Source: Macrostomum lignano (Eukaryota). Taken from it: DNA of 64,000 nt. The notes below the pieces were generated by a model. That model saw only the letters and a list, made by a program, of their open reading frames with translations. It made no database searches and was not told the origin of the DNA. This document shows, one piece after another, positions 11,524 to 23,065 of this stretch. Positions within the stretch are counted from its first letter, which is position 1, and each line of letters starts with the position of its first letter. A program made the position numbers and the translations under genes. Location of the stretch: contig NIVC01000494.1 of the NCBI GenBank assembly GCA_002269645.1, forward strand, positions 506,128-570,127, read 5' to 3'.

Positions 11524-12442
11524 TGTAGTGATCCGCTAGTTGATGTTGGGCGTCCCACTTTGTCAGCAGTCTCCCTCGCCCTCGCCCTGGGTTGCTGTCC
11601 GCCGCTGGTCAGCTTCCCGCCCCCCCCCCCGCCCCCCCCCCTTGGCCTGTTCTGCCCTTCTGCGTCTCTGTTCTCAGTCCTTAGCTTCTCTGCTGTGGGC
11701 TGTCTCTGTTTCGTTCCCGTCCCGTTTTCCTCTGTCATGTGAGCAAGTCACACGACAGACTCTGCGTTCTTCGAGTCCTAAAGTGCAGTAAACATGTTTA
11801 CTGCACTCGTTGGCCCTGTTTACCGGGAGAATCACGTGCTTTTGGACCCCTCCCTTCTCTGGGGAGAGGAGTGACTCATGTTGCTAAAAATAGCACTCTG
11901 GCCGGAGACCTCAAGTGACGTCAGTTCTAAAAATAGAACAAGTCACGAGGTCTTGTGCGTGGGTGTTTCCTGGCTATAGCCTATAAATAGGATCCCTCTC
12001 CCCTTGTTTCTGTCAAGGCTTCTTATCTGCGGAGAATTCACTAAGATCCCGTGTGCGTCAGTGTCTAACTAAGTGCCCTTTGCGTATACTGAATCCGTTT
12101 GTACTGGTCTGACTGAGACCCCACTAAAGCCCAAGCCTAAGGGAGGCTAACACTGCCTTCCCAGCCACCCCTGAGCCCGGCGGGGATCTGCTGATCAGGA
12201 CGCCTTGTTCATTAATCTGCAAATCTGCACACTGTGCTGAGTTCGTTGACTTGTTTATTTTGTTCCGACGGGAAGCTCACCTCACCGAAGGCCAAGACCT
12301 GAAGGAACTGGTGGCAGCACTACCTACGCTACTGAGAGTTGAGAGAACTTCCCACTGAAGAGGCTCGAGTCTTAAGGTAATTTTAAGCGCCTAAACTGGG
12401 AAGAAACACCATTCTATAACATTGGTGGCAGCGGTGGGATTC
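11524..12442 (+). mobile_element. LTR (~11524-12421, TG...TATAACA) followed by a tRNA-Leu primer-binding site (12423-12442)
   Basis: TGGTGGCAGCGGTGGGATTC is complementary to the 3' end (…GAATCCCACCGCTGCCACCA) of eukaryotic tRNA-Leu(AAG/TAG) and starts 1 nt after a CA terminus; TATA-like CTATAAATAG at 11981. The 5' boundary is inferred from a TGTAG start; no second LTR or readable gag/pol in the window. Confidence 0.72.
11782..11990. promoter_or_regulatory. Dense enhancer/promoter motif cluster inside the LTR
   Basis: 26-bp perfect palindrome AGTGCAGTAAACATGTTTACTGCACT (11782-11807, two inverted forkhead GTAAACA sites), third TGTTTAC ~11817, CACGTG ~11833, TGACTCA 11872, CTAAAAATAG 11884 and 11927, TGACGTCA 11916, CTATAAATAG 11981. 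Motifs are seen directly; function is untested. Confidence 0.55.
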
Positions 12443-15400
12443 AAAGACCTACCAGGCCACCCCAAGAAAACCTCAAGTATAACATAAGCAAATTCAACCA
12501 TATATACATTTATAAGATTGATATATTTGGACATATATACATTAACAAATTATACCAATATAGCATTTTGCCATCCATTTGAGCTAACACACATTGAATT
12601 TAATCCCAGATATGCTTGCCATATGTAACGGAGCTTTTGTCTTATGGTGGTCAGGCTGGCACAGTGGTATTTAACTTGGTCCAACAAATTTCCTTCAAAG
12701 ATATAGTTAAAAGCTAAAGCTAAAAGTACAACAAGGGTTAAAGGGTAGAGTTACACCAAGTCAAGCCCACTAGTTCAACCATAGACAACTTTTGCAATAG
12801 AAAGAAAGAGCAGAAGCATCAGAAAAGAACAAAGGCATAAACACTAGAAGGCAAAAGCAGAAGAATCAGAAGCAGAGTTGACAACAAAAGAAACAGCACT
12901 GACACTAACAGATAATTAAATAATTGTTAAATAACTGTTAAATAATTATCTATTCAGTGATGCATGTTATTCTGATTTTGCAGTCAGTCTGTGGATCAAT
13001 TTTCCTACTTTTTGGGATATCCCTTGTACTTTATATTTTTATAGAAAAGAAAACAAATTTTATTTGGATCCATGATATAATACAATGTAATGTATAATAA
13101 ACTATTTTCTAATTCTAAGAACTAACCAATTTTTTGTATTAAAAAAAGAAAAATGATAGCTTTTAAGTCCATAGAATTAGGGACTCAAGCAACAAAGGCA
13201 AAAAAATTTGACACTATATGCACACTTGGTTGAAATTGAAAAAGTAAGGTTAAGGTAAAGAAAATCTTTTCAATTTCAATACAAAGGAAACTCTTAAGTC
13301 TCTAGGGTCAGGCACTCAAAAAACATTTTTGACACTATATCCACATTGTGATTGGGATGGTAGAGGGCTTAAATTAAGATAAATGAAGCCAATGGGAAGC
13401 TATCTAACATTTGCCACTATCAAAATAGGCTAGAATTGCCACTAGACTGCAGAAGAAGCTTCTTAGAAACCAACTGATAATATAAGCCATTGCCTTCATA
13501 GACATTCATAAGAATTATAGATTTTTTTATTTAATTACTTAAAAATATAAAAAAATATATTAGGAGAGAAAACAAAGAGAATAAGACATAGACTTTAAAA
13601 AGTCATACCTCTACTTGGTCTAGACTTTAAAGTACTAGTATTAGTCAAAAGCTGGTCAGGGTAGGGCCTATCTTACCATTTGTATTTGGCCTTGCCAATA
13701 TGGTCTTTGCAGCTTAAGAAATAGCTTTATATAGCAGCTAAGGTTAGATGGCTTCTAATTAGATAACATAGTAGATTAAAAGGCTATATCAGGTTTGCCT
13801 TTATATAGAATGCAATATTGGTCTTGTTGTCTAAACCCTATTATAGCGCCTACTAGAGGTAGAGCCTACTAGATACTATCCTTTCCTGCACCAAACTGCA
13901 CTAATGTGCTAAACTATACTTGCACTATTGAAGGCCAATCCATATTAGACATTTTCTATAATAATGGCCATTAATTGCAATAAGATACCTAGACTAATCA
14001 GGATTGTTTACCATATACCAATGTAATTCATAAGATCTTAAGTTTAAGCTACTAGAAAGAATTCCAAATTGAATTGAATTCTACATGGAATCTTGCATTG
14101 AATTAAGCATTAGGCTCAAAAAATCAATTAAAAATTAAAAAAAAATATAGGCTTAAAATAGCCCTTACTTTCTTTTAAATATTAGGGTCATTCTACAGAT
14201 GCAACCCATTTTGGCAAAGAAATTTTCAGCAAAAATGCTTTGGTGAAATGAATTTTGAGTTTAAAATTAAATATTTCAGTGAAAAAAGTGACTAGTTTGG
14301 CAAAAAGTTGGGCTTTATATATATATTGCAAATAAACCATTTTGATAATTGAAGCATTTAGTTTATTTAAATTGTTTATTGCTACAATTTATTTGCAGTT
14401 AAAAAATTAAAAACTAATGACTTAGCTTGTAGCCCATAGTCTGGATCATGCTAAGTGCATGCCCAAACAAAAATTGAATAATTACGAATGCATGCCAAAA
14501 AAAATTAGAGTATGCCCATTCTCAAACATATGCTAGTCTTGCAACATAAAACAAAAACTGCTTTTTTACATTGTGACAATAAATGACCTTTTTTAAATTA
14601 TATAAAAGACCCTTATTAACAAATAATTTGGTTGATTTTTATGCTATTTTGGCAAAACTATTTACAATAGAAAATTGGGTCCGCGGTCATTTCGTCTGCC
14701 GCCTTTTCGTCTGCCAAAGAATTTTAGCAGACGAAACGACTTTTTTATTTATGTTTATTTTGGTTCACTTATTTCGTAATTTTTATGTAGGGAATTAAAA
14801 TAAATTAGTATAAGCAAGTTTTAAGTATGTTTTCTTATTTATATTGATACATTTTGTTTTTCTTCATTTTCTACGAAACCTAACTTACCTTTTTTTAACA
14901 CTTTGTGCATTTAAGCTACTTGTATTTGTGAATAATTAAATTGCATATGAGTTTACATTTTCTGTGCCTACAATTTCGATTGCTCCTTACATTTTACACT
15001 TTGTGCATTTAAGCTACTTGTATTCGTGAATAAATTGCATATGAGTTTACATACACGAAAAAAAAGTAAGAAAGAAAACTAAACGGTTGGAACTTGGAGA
15101 TATTTGCTTCTGGCTTTGTGTATTTATATATATGCAACATATTAGCTCCGGAACTTGCAGAAAAATCCTAGCATTATAATAAATTAGAATTAATAAGACA
15201 TTTACATTACACTTCCATGCGAAGCTTGATGACATAATTAGTTATTCCGATTTATATATTATATATATTGGCAGACGAAACGACTATATCGTATATTGGC
15301 AGACGAAAAGGCGGCAGACGAAAAGGCGGCAGACGAAATGACCGTCAACCGAAAATTGATACATGCAAAAATTTGTTTAAATGCTTTTTATGAGCTTAAA

Positions 15401-16580
15401 AAAACTAGAAAGCTTCAAATTTATACTTAAATATCAGCTTTTTTGATTTTTTAATTCACAATAACTCTTATATATAATTCTATAAAGTGCATGTCAGGTG
15501 TGCACACATACTATTTTTTCAAGAATGATACATACCAACTGTGCATGCCTAATTTTGGCATGCAAAGCCAATGCACGCCCAAATTTTCAGGCATACACCA
15601 GGCTTACATGATCCAAAGTGTGGCTTATAGCTATGTTATATACATGGAATCTATTGATATGCAGTTGATGGATTAGGGATAATGATGATATGGTTTTTTA
15701 GATTTTTAGTTCCTAAAATTGTATTTTGAAATCCTACCATAATGGAACAGAAACTAACAAAACAACTAAACTAAATTAAATTGTGACAAAACAAAAACAA
15801 AAAATCACAATAGGCCTGGGGCCTAAAATTAGTCTTTAAATAAAGTTAGTCATTCTTTTTTTAACTTTTGTCTAAAACAACAAAAACTCTTCAGCAAAGC
15901 TTGGAACAAATCTTTTGCCAAAATGGTCAGCTTTAAACGAAACGGTCATTGTAAAAGTACTTTTTGCCATAAATTCTATAATTGACTTCTGCTGAAAATT
16001 CTTTTGCCAAAGAGGGTTGAAACCAATTTTACGATAGGGTCTCAATGTTTTTGAAGTTAAAGCACTTGTAACTTTTGGACCATAGGCCCTACTAGATAAA
16101 ACAAAGCTGCAAAAAGCAAGCTGTGTCAAACTTTTACTAGGCCTAGCTCAATATTGTTCACTAGCTGTTATGAAAAAAATGACCATTAGCTGATTAGCAT
16201 AGTTAATGCTCTGCTATGTGTTCAGTTGTTTTAGAATTTATAAGCAGCTATGTTAAAAATATAGGCCTAGAACTAGAATATAATTATAATACAACCATTC
16301 GTGCAATATACATATCATATTAGAATGCAAATTAACATTTTGCTAAGCTAAGAATAATACTAAGATGAGTTTTCTATTATTATATATTTATATAAAAATA
16401 AAATATGAGTATGATGTTAGCCATATAAAGCACTACTACACTACAGTCAATAGTAGTGTAGTATGATGTGCTAGCAACATTACTGGTTTTAAGCTGCATT
16501 CTATGATTCTACTTTCTTTGCTTTGCCATTGGCCTAGCCATAGTTAAGGTAGGCCTAGTTAGTTAGTTAAGGTAGGCCTA
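12443..16580. other. CpG-depleted, AT-rich, stop-riddled block downstream of the PBS (probably a decayed transposon interior)
   Basis: About 3 CpG in 12443-14677 and about 5 in 15359-16580 by eye; no translatable homology recognised; interrupted by a MITE. Confidence 0.45.
14678..15350. mobile_element. Non-autonomous TIR DNA transposon (MITE, 673 bp), 8-bp TSD
   Basis: TSD GAAAATTG at 14670-14677 and 15351-15358; imperfect TIRs ggtccgcggtcatttcgtctgccgccttttcgtctgcc / ggcagacgaaaaggcggcagacgaaatgaccgtcaacc with repeated subterminal GCAGACGAAA motifs; no ORF. Confidence 0.88.
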
Positions 16581-16599
16581 CTTAGCAGTCACGATCATG

Positions 16600-16720
16600 G
16601 CACGCCTGCGCCGGAACAAATCCTATTAAAAAAGTTTGCTTGCGACGTGCGCCGGAACTATTTCTATTAAATAAGTTTGCTTGCACAGTGTGGCGGAACT
16701 GTTTTGTAAAAAAACAAGAA
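16600..16720. repeat. ~2.5 copies of a ~42-bp unit (gcgccggaac...ctattaaa...aagtttgcttgc), possibly subterminal repeats of a DNA element
   Basis: Direct repeats at ~16607 and ~16649 plus a degenerate third; they coincide with the abrupt return of CpG after the depleted block. Confidence 0.5.
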
Positions 16721-17439
16721 TAATGTGTGTGTATTATTTTTCTGTTTGTAAAATACCGGGTAAAACTTGTATTTTAATCCGTTTCATAGAAGTTACAATG
16801 TTAACATATTTTAACTAAAAAAGCCGTCAATACACCGGAAAAGGCGAATTTTCTGTCTGCGAAAATATCGTCGCGCTGAAAGTTTTAGTCTTGTGCCGTA
16901 CTGCGCTGGATTCCCCCGGTTCAGTTAAGGATGAATATCTTTTTAGTGTAAGAATTTTATCGTCTTTGAGAAGGACAGAATTTTACATAAAATTTAGCAG
17001 TAGTTGTGCTGAAAGTATTTGTCGACGATTTCTCAGCTTCGATAAATTAATTAATCAAAAATTCAATTCTAAAATTTCACTAGCAGTTTGCATACTGTAA
17101 GTGACTATGAAATGAGTAAGATCGCTTCGTTCGAGAAGAATACCGCCTTAGTTTTTAAATGCGATTATTTTGAATGAAAAAATCATTTACCACGGATTAA
17201 TTGCGTCGACACGGGCAAGGGGGCGATCCGATTTAATAACGAGGAAAGCTTTATCTCTTGAAAAAATGCACTTTAAAATGCAGTAAAGCAAAGAAGACTT
17301 GACTGATTTGTCAGACCGATTTTTCTCAATTAACAAATAATGTTCCATGTTTGCAAGCAAGATTTCAGCAATTCATCGGACATCGTGCTGCACTGTAGTG
17401 GGCGAAGTTGAGCTAAATTACCGCCACTACCCCACTGAC

Positions 17440-19500
17440 TGATCGAGACAGGCGCATCGTAATCCTCGTCCAGTTAATTTCGACTGGGTAGTATGGTTAC
17501 GGTGGCTGCGTGCCGCCTGCAGAGAGGCTTTTTGTTCATGGCTCTCGGGAACCTGCTTCGTTGGCCTGCTTCTTCAGGGAGTTCTTAACGGTTTGCACTG
17601 CTCGCTCGAAACTGGCAAAGCAGGGCCCATTGTCTGAGACGATGGCCTCCGGTAGGCCATGAGTGCTGAAGCTCTGTCGCAGATTTTCATGCACTGTTGC
17701 GAAAGTCGTCGTCGCTGTCGTCACGTACAAATTGAGCCACTTCAAGTAGGATTCGACCTCCACCAGCAGCATCCGACCTTGGACGGGACCGGCGAAATCG
17801 ACGTGGATTTTCAACCAAGGCCTGGTCGGTAGCGGCCATGGCTGCAGCGGAGCTTCTGGTCCGGCTCGCTGGTGCTTCTGGCAGTCCGGGAAGCTCGATC
17901 GCTGCCTTTAATGTTACGATTCAGGCCACGCCACCATATGTAGCTTCTGGGAAGCGACTTCATCCGGGATGGTCCAGGGTGTCCGACATGCAGGCAGTCG
18001 AGCAAGCAGCTTTGGCTGACTTCAGGAATGACGACACGACTACCCCAAAGAACGGATCCGTCTTGAACTGACAATTCCTGGGTGCCGCTTCCCAAACGGC
18101 ACCAGATCAGATGTCCAGGAATCTTGGTCCGGCCAGGCCAAGAGAAAGTGACGAATTACACTTGACAATGTAGAGTCGCGGCGTGACCAGGCACGCACGT
18201 CCGATGAAGTCACCGGCCCTGCGTCCGGAGGCAACGGAACTTCCTTAGGGCCCGCTAATGCAGGAAGGCGGCTTGAAGCGTCTGCTCGGAGCGAAAAGAC
18301 ACTGCTGCGATGTACAAGACGGTACCGGTACGCGATCAGTAGCAACGCCAATTGTGTCCCCGCCTTGCATACCTTCGCGGTGCGCCCGATTTTTGCTGCG
18401 TTTGTCCGCAAAGGAACATTTGGCTGCCGGATGGAGAGTCGACAAGCAGGGGAAATAGCGCCGCCGGCCTATACTGTTCCAGACTGACGGCTGTCTTGCG
18501 GCCGCTGTCGCTCTGTTCGAAGCACTGTGTCGCTCTCTGTCGCTGCCGATGCCGATGTCGCTGCCGCAGGTTTTGCTGAGCCCAGAAATTGACAGTCTTT
18601 GGCTGCTGACTCTCCCGCTTGCGTGATCTTTCAGCCGTATCGAGGGTCAGCTCGGCCTCCATCAGGAGCCGGCGCTGGATTTGCTGATCCGCGATGCCGC
18701 ACACCAGCCTGTCACGCAGCATGTCAGACAGGCTGCCGCCGTAATGGCAGAATTCCGCCAGCTTCAGCAGCTCTGCAAGGAACTCTGCCACCGACTCTCC
18801 AGGGCGCTGAACTCGGTTATTGAAGTGAAACCTTTGAATGATCTTACTCGGCCTTGGGTTGAAATGAGCGCTCAGCAGTACGCATATTTTGGCGTAGGAT
18901 TTGTCCGCGACTTTGGCTGGAGAGCAGAGGCTTCTGGCCAACTGGAAGGTTTTTCTACCGCAGATGCCCAGCAGGGTTGCCCTCGTCGGAGATGTCCTGT
19001 GCCAGGAAACGCCTCTCCAGATGCTCCTGGTGTCTGGAGAGGCTCATCCCAGGTTTCCTCGAAGTCCTCATATTCTCCGATTGCGTAGGTAGGCATTGCT
19101 CAGCCACAATCCTCGTCGCCACTGAGACAACTCTATAGTTTGTTGAGTACGAGAAAAAAATAAACTTGAGCTCTGTAGCTCACAAGCCAATATTTACATA
19201 TTAAGGTAAAAACGAACGTATAAAAGATTCATCAGCGCGCCATTAGACTTAAAACACGTACACTGCAGACACGTTTAAAAAGCACTAGGGGTTTAAAAGA
19301 ATGCACACACTAAGAGAAAATAAGTCACTACGCTCGATGAAATATTGGTCAGTAAATCAATAAAGAGAATACAGCGAGTATATTCAGTGTACACTCGCTG
19401 AGTTTCGAAATACGATATAACCTATAAGCTAGTGTGAGCATGTGTTTATTCAAAGAGACTGTACGTGACTTTAAATACTCATCATTTACATGTAGTCACG
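17440..19500 (-). mobile_element. Gypsy/Ty3 (Mag-like) LTR retrotransposon remnant, internally deleted and frameshifted
   Basis: Gag (HFNPRPSKIIQRFHFNNRVQRPGESVAEFLAELLKLAEFCHYG...LRDRLVCGI) at 18941-18610; post-RNase H (ADASSRLP), integrase Zn finger (LHVGHPGPSRMKSLPRSYIWW) and core (IHVDFAGP...THGLPEAIVSDNGPCF...ERAVQTVK) fragments at 18300-17560; PBS TGGCGACGAGG at 19121-19111 next to an LTR end (…TCTCA). Protease and RT absent; distal LTR boundary (~19500) uncertain; no 3' LTR. Confidence 0.88.
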
Positions 19501-19901
19501 ATTGGTACAGTCCTGGAATCTAATTCGTAAAAATTGTCTCCTTAGAGAGCAACTGGCATAAGCGTTGAGGCCTCACAATCGATAATCAGGGGGGGGGGGC
19601 CTAAAGGAAACACTGCCGAGAATTTTCTAGGCCTGCATGCAGCTTGTAGCTCCCGCAGCCTTGGAGCCACACTTCCTTGGCAGCTCATTGGCGGAACATC
19701 GCGACAATGTAGGATCCTTCACTCCATGGCAACACGAGGCCTAGCTACCTTCTGATCCCTGTAACCAAAAAGATGCTGGGAATTTTCTATAAAGCATCCA
19801 ACGGAGAGAAGATCTCGGCGTGAAAATCCCATGGTCTGCAATCATCTCTCTTCGGCTAATTTTTGTTCTGCACACTCCATAGAAAACTGATCCACTCGGT
19901 C

Positions 19902-20678
19902 ATGGCATTGCTACTCTTTCCAATGGTAGCTGCCTTTCTGTTGATGCCTGCCTCTGTTGCGGCGACTTGTCCTGGCGGTTTGATTGAGGTCACCGACTCT
20001 GGAAAGTCTTGGTGTGTCAAGAATTACAACAAACACGTGACATTCTGCGATGCGATTAAGACTTGTCACGAGAACGGCCAGGAGATGATCAGCAAGTCTG
20101 TGCACGACGCCATGGCGGCTACGAGCTTTTCTGGTGACAGATGGTGGGTCGGACTGGTCGATGCGCTGAACGAGAGAGGCACTGAGAAAGACGGCTGGGT
20201 TTGGATCAAGGACGGCCAGGTCACGGATGGTAGTGGATCAGTTTTTCAAAGTAGCGAACCAAATAATGGTGACAACCAAGACTGTGCGACAGTCGAAAGT
20301 GACTCGATTAAACAACTGAGGGACGAGACTTGCAATGAGCTAAACAACGTTTTCTGCTACGAGGATGCCGCTGTGGCCAACCGAATCGCTACCAAAGCCA
20401 CCACTGGTAAATTTGTTCGCACGGAAATCGTTGCGTACGATCAACCCGACCCGGGCTGCTGGATCAAGGAACCAAGGGCTAAAACTCACCTCCACTGCTC
20501 CCAGGCCTGCCTTGTGTTCGAGTTTGAGGACTGCATCGGATACTACTGGCACCCGGTGAGGAGGCAGTGCGTCCTGCTGCCCTACTTCGATGCCAGCCTG
20601 CCGCTGAGTGGCTCCGACTTTTCTGCCAACAACGAAGAGAAGCTGCAGTGGATGAAGTACAAACGTATTCACGCGTGA
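19902..20678 (+). CDS. Secreted C-type lectin-domain protein with a C-terminal PAN/apple-like module, 258 aa, single coding exon
   Basis: Signal peptide MALLLFPMVAAFLLMPASVAA; CTLD with WCVK, FCDAIKTC, WWVGL, GWVW, EPNN...DCA and RDETCN...FC; C-terminal HCSQAC...DCIGYYW...QCVL resembles PAN/apple. AATAAA at ~20876. Confidence 0.88.
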   Translation: MALLLFPMVAAFLLMPASVAATCPGGLIEVTDSGKSWCVKNYNKHVTFCDAIKTCHENGQEMISKSVHDAMAATSFSGDRWWVGLVDALNERGTEKDGWVWIKDGQVTDGSGSVFQSSEPNNGDNQDCATVESDSIKQLRDETCNELNNVFCYEDAAVANRIATKATTGKFVRTEIVAYDQPDPGCWIKEPRAKTHLHCSQACLVFEFEDCIGYYWHPVRRQCVLLPYFDASLPLSGSDFSANNEEKLQWMKYKRIHA

Positions 20679-23065
20679 ACCTCTTAACAGTTCAAATAAT
20701 TTACGAATCCACGAAATCAAATTAACTATAACGCCTGAAGTAACATTGAGACGAACAAAAACTAACTCAGAAAATTTTTAATATTTGGTAACTTAACAGT
20801 TTCCCAATACTATATACTGTTTTTAAATTTCTTATAAAGTTTACTTCAAAAGAATTTTTTCAGTTTTTACGAGCTAATAAAACGAAGAATTCAATGAAAT
20901 ATTTGCTGTCTTACGACTTGAGCATCAAAACTTTGGTATTTTTTTGCTTTCATTCTTTGTTTCTGATGGCATAAACTGGGGTCGCTACAGCTTGCTCGTA
21001 AAGCCAGTACAGTAAATTTACAGACAAAATACAGTAATAGAATGCAGCAGAGAAGTTTTTATCAAGTCAAGGGAATTGCAAGTTGCGAAGATTTCCGGAC
21101 CGAGACTGGCCTGATGCCTTACTCAAGTCAGCTTGCTAACTACTGCTCATCAACTTGTTGGTAGAGCGTCACCTGCAATCCAGAGTCGGAAAGAAGCTCA
21201 AGCTTCCTGCAAAGTTTTGTCTTTGCGATTTCGCGCTGCTTAGCGCCGCTGCTTCCAGTAAGAATGGCTGCTGGGGGGAAATCAAACACAATGCCGGCGG
21301 AAACAACGGCAAACAATGACTGTGTAGCTTGTCTATCGATTGGGTAGAAAAGAATGAAAGCTTTACCTGTAAGTATAGAATGAATTCATGATCCGATTTT
21401 GACCAAAAACTTTTTTCTAGAAAAAAAATTAACCAGAGAACTTTTTTTTAGCAGTAGCTGATGCGTGCTAATTTCGAAGGGTTGTCAAGTCAACTTACTC
21501 CCGATATGGAATTGATGTATCTTAGCGGCGCTTTCGCTGTCAGTTTCCTCTGTTGAACTGGCAATAAGTGTGGAATGCATTTTATTTTGTATTCTGTTCT
21601 GTAGCATCAACGATACCTCCAGATTTCCCACAAAAGTGAGTCACAACGGCAGTGGATGCAACTGTGATCAAGTGTCTAGAGGATTTCCGAAAATTGAGTA
21701 CGAAATTAGGTTCAAAATATTCAAGTACACGTGAATTGATTTCCAGCTACTGGCTTCTTAAGTTCATCGGAAAATGAACTGTTGGAGTAGTCCTTGAGGG
21801 CAGCTTGGAAATTGGTTCAGCAGGTTGGGAACTTAAAAGCCTTCATGGATCTACATGGCCGCGGGTATTTTTTTGGCACGCATCTATAAGATCTATTTTC
21901 GTATTGCTGTGAGAGTTTGTGATTAGTTTGAAAATAATCCATTTGGATTTCTTGACAACGAACTCCGAAGGTTGCATGCCAGTTTAAGCTAATACACTGT
22001 ACGTTTTTGAATATCAAAAATGTAGTTGCAAAAAACTCATACTTACGTGCAAGGAACGAAGACCAAGAAGCCAGGAAGGAGAAAACCTCGAACAGTAACG
22101 AATCTCGGATCGTCATGTGCAGACTATGTGGGTTTAACTGTGAATATGACGAGCCTGGCAGCGCCAAAGCATATTCACCATCACACTCTCCAACCGCGGT
22201 GGTGATTCACACACCATTGATGAGCTGCGCTGTCACCGAAAAAACGTTCAGTGCATTCGAAACGTGAGATTGTGGTGAAGAGACTTAATAAATTTTATCA
22301 TATATATTTGCGCGGCTAAACTAATTTGTACCAATGTACGCACAATCGCATTCTCGATAAATTGCCAGCTAGATAAACGTTAATATTTGATGACTGATGA
22401 TAAAAGTATACCAATCTAAGGTGCGGAATTCTAGTCAAAGCATACGTCGAAGGAAATACTCGTACAGGTAGCTACTGCAACAAGACAGAGTAAAAAGTAG
22501 TACACGTGTACAGTTTATACGCAGATCTACATTCAACAATATTTATTTGCAAACGCCGCATCAAATGAGAACCAATACGTACTACTCACATTAATATAGA
22601 TGCAGCTACGCATAAGAATCTGCTCATTTTTTTTATATGAGCTAATTTGATAATGAGCTAGATCGCTTCCAATTAGCTTAATACTGCTAAGTTTCTTAAT
22701 AACTACTTTTTATAGTAGTACATATAGTGCGGACATATCGTGACATTCAATCAAATTATATAATAATTTATAGCTAGCTGTCAAAAAGTTTTTTGCTCAA
22801 CTAACGCAAAACTACACATGTACATAAGTAGCGAGGAATAACTCGATGGATGCGTAGTCATCAATAATACATGTATACACAGACTATAGCTACTGTAGTC
22901 GATATTCGGTAAATCATGTCAGACACAGAACGAACAATTTTGCTTCTGCTTTCTCTGCACAGTCTGGGCAGGACTGTATCCGACTTTGCTGGCTATATGA
23001 GAAAATAGGTCTCACAGTACAGACAAACACCACCTGCATCTTCGCCGCCACCCCCATCACAGCCA

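Noticed and set aside
12780-14100. gag/pol relics downstream of the tRNA-Leu PBS
   Set aside because: Only a vaguely coiled-coil-like purine-rich stretch; no protease, RT or integrase motif readable in any frame.
21000-22270. Possible decayed gene or transposase (short open stretches, CRLC motif)
   Set aside because: No recognisable family motif, no TIR or TSD, and no consistent splice chain.
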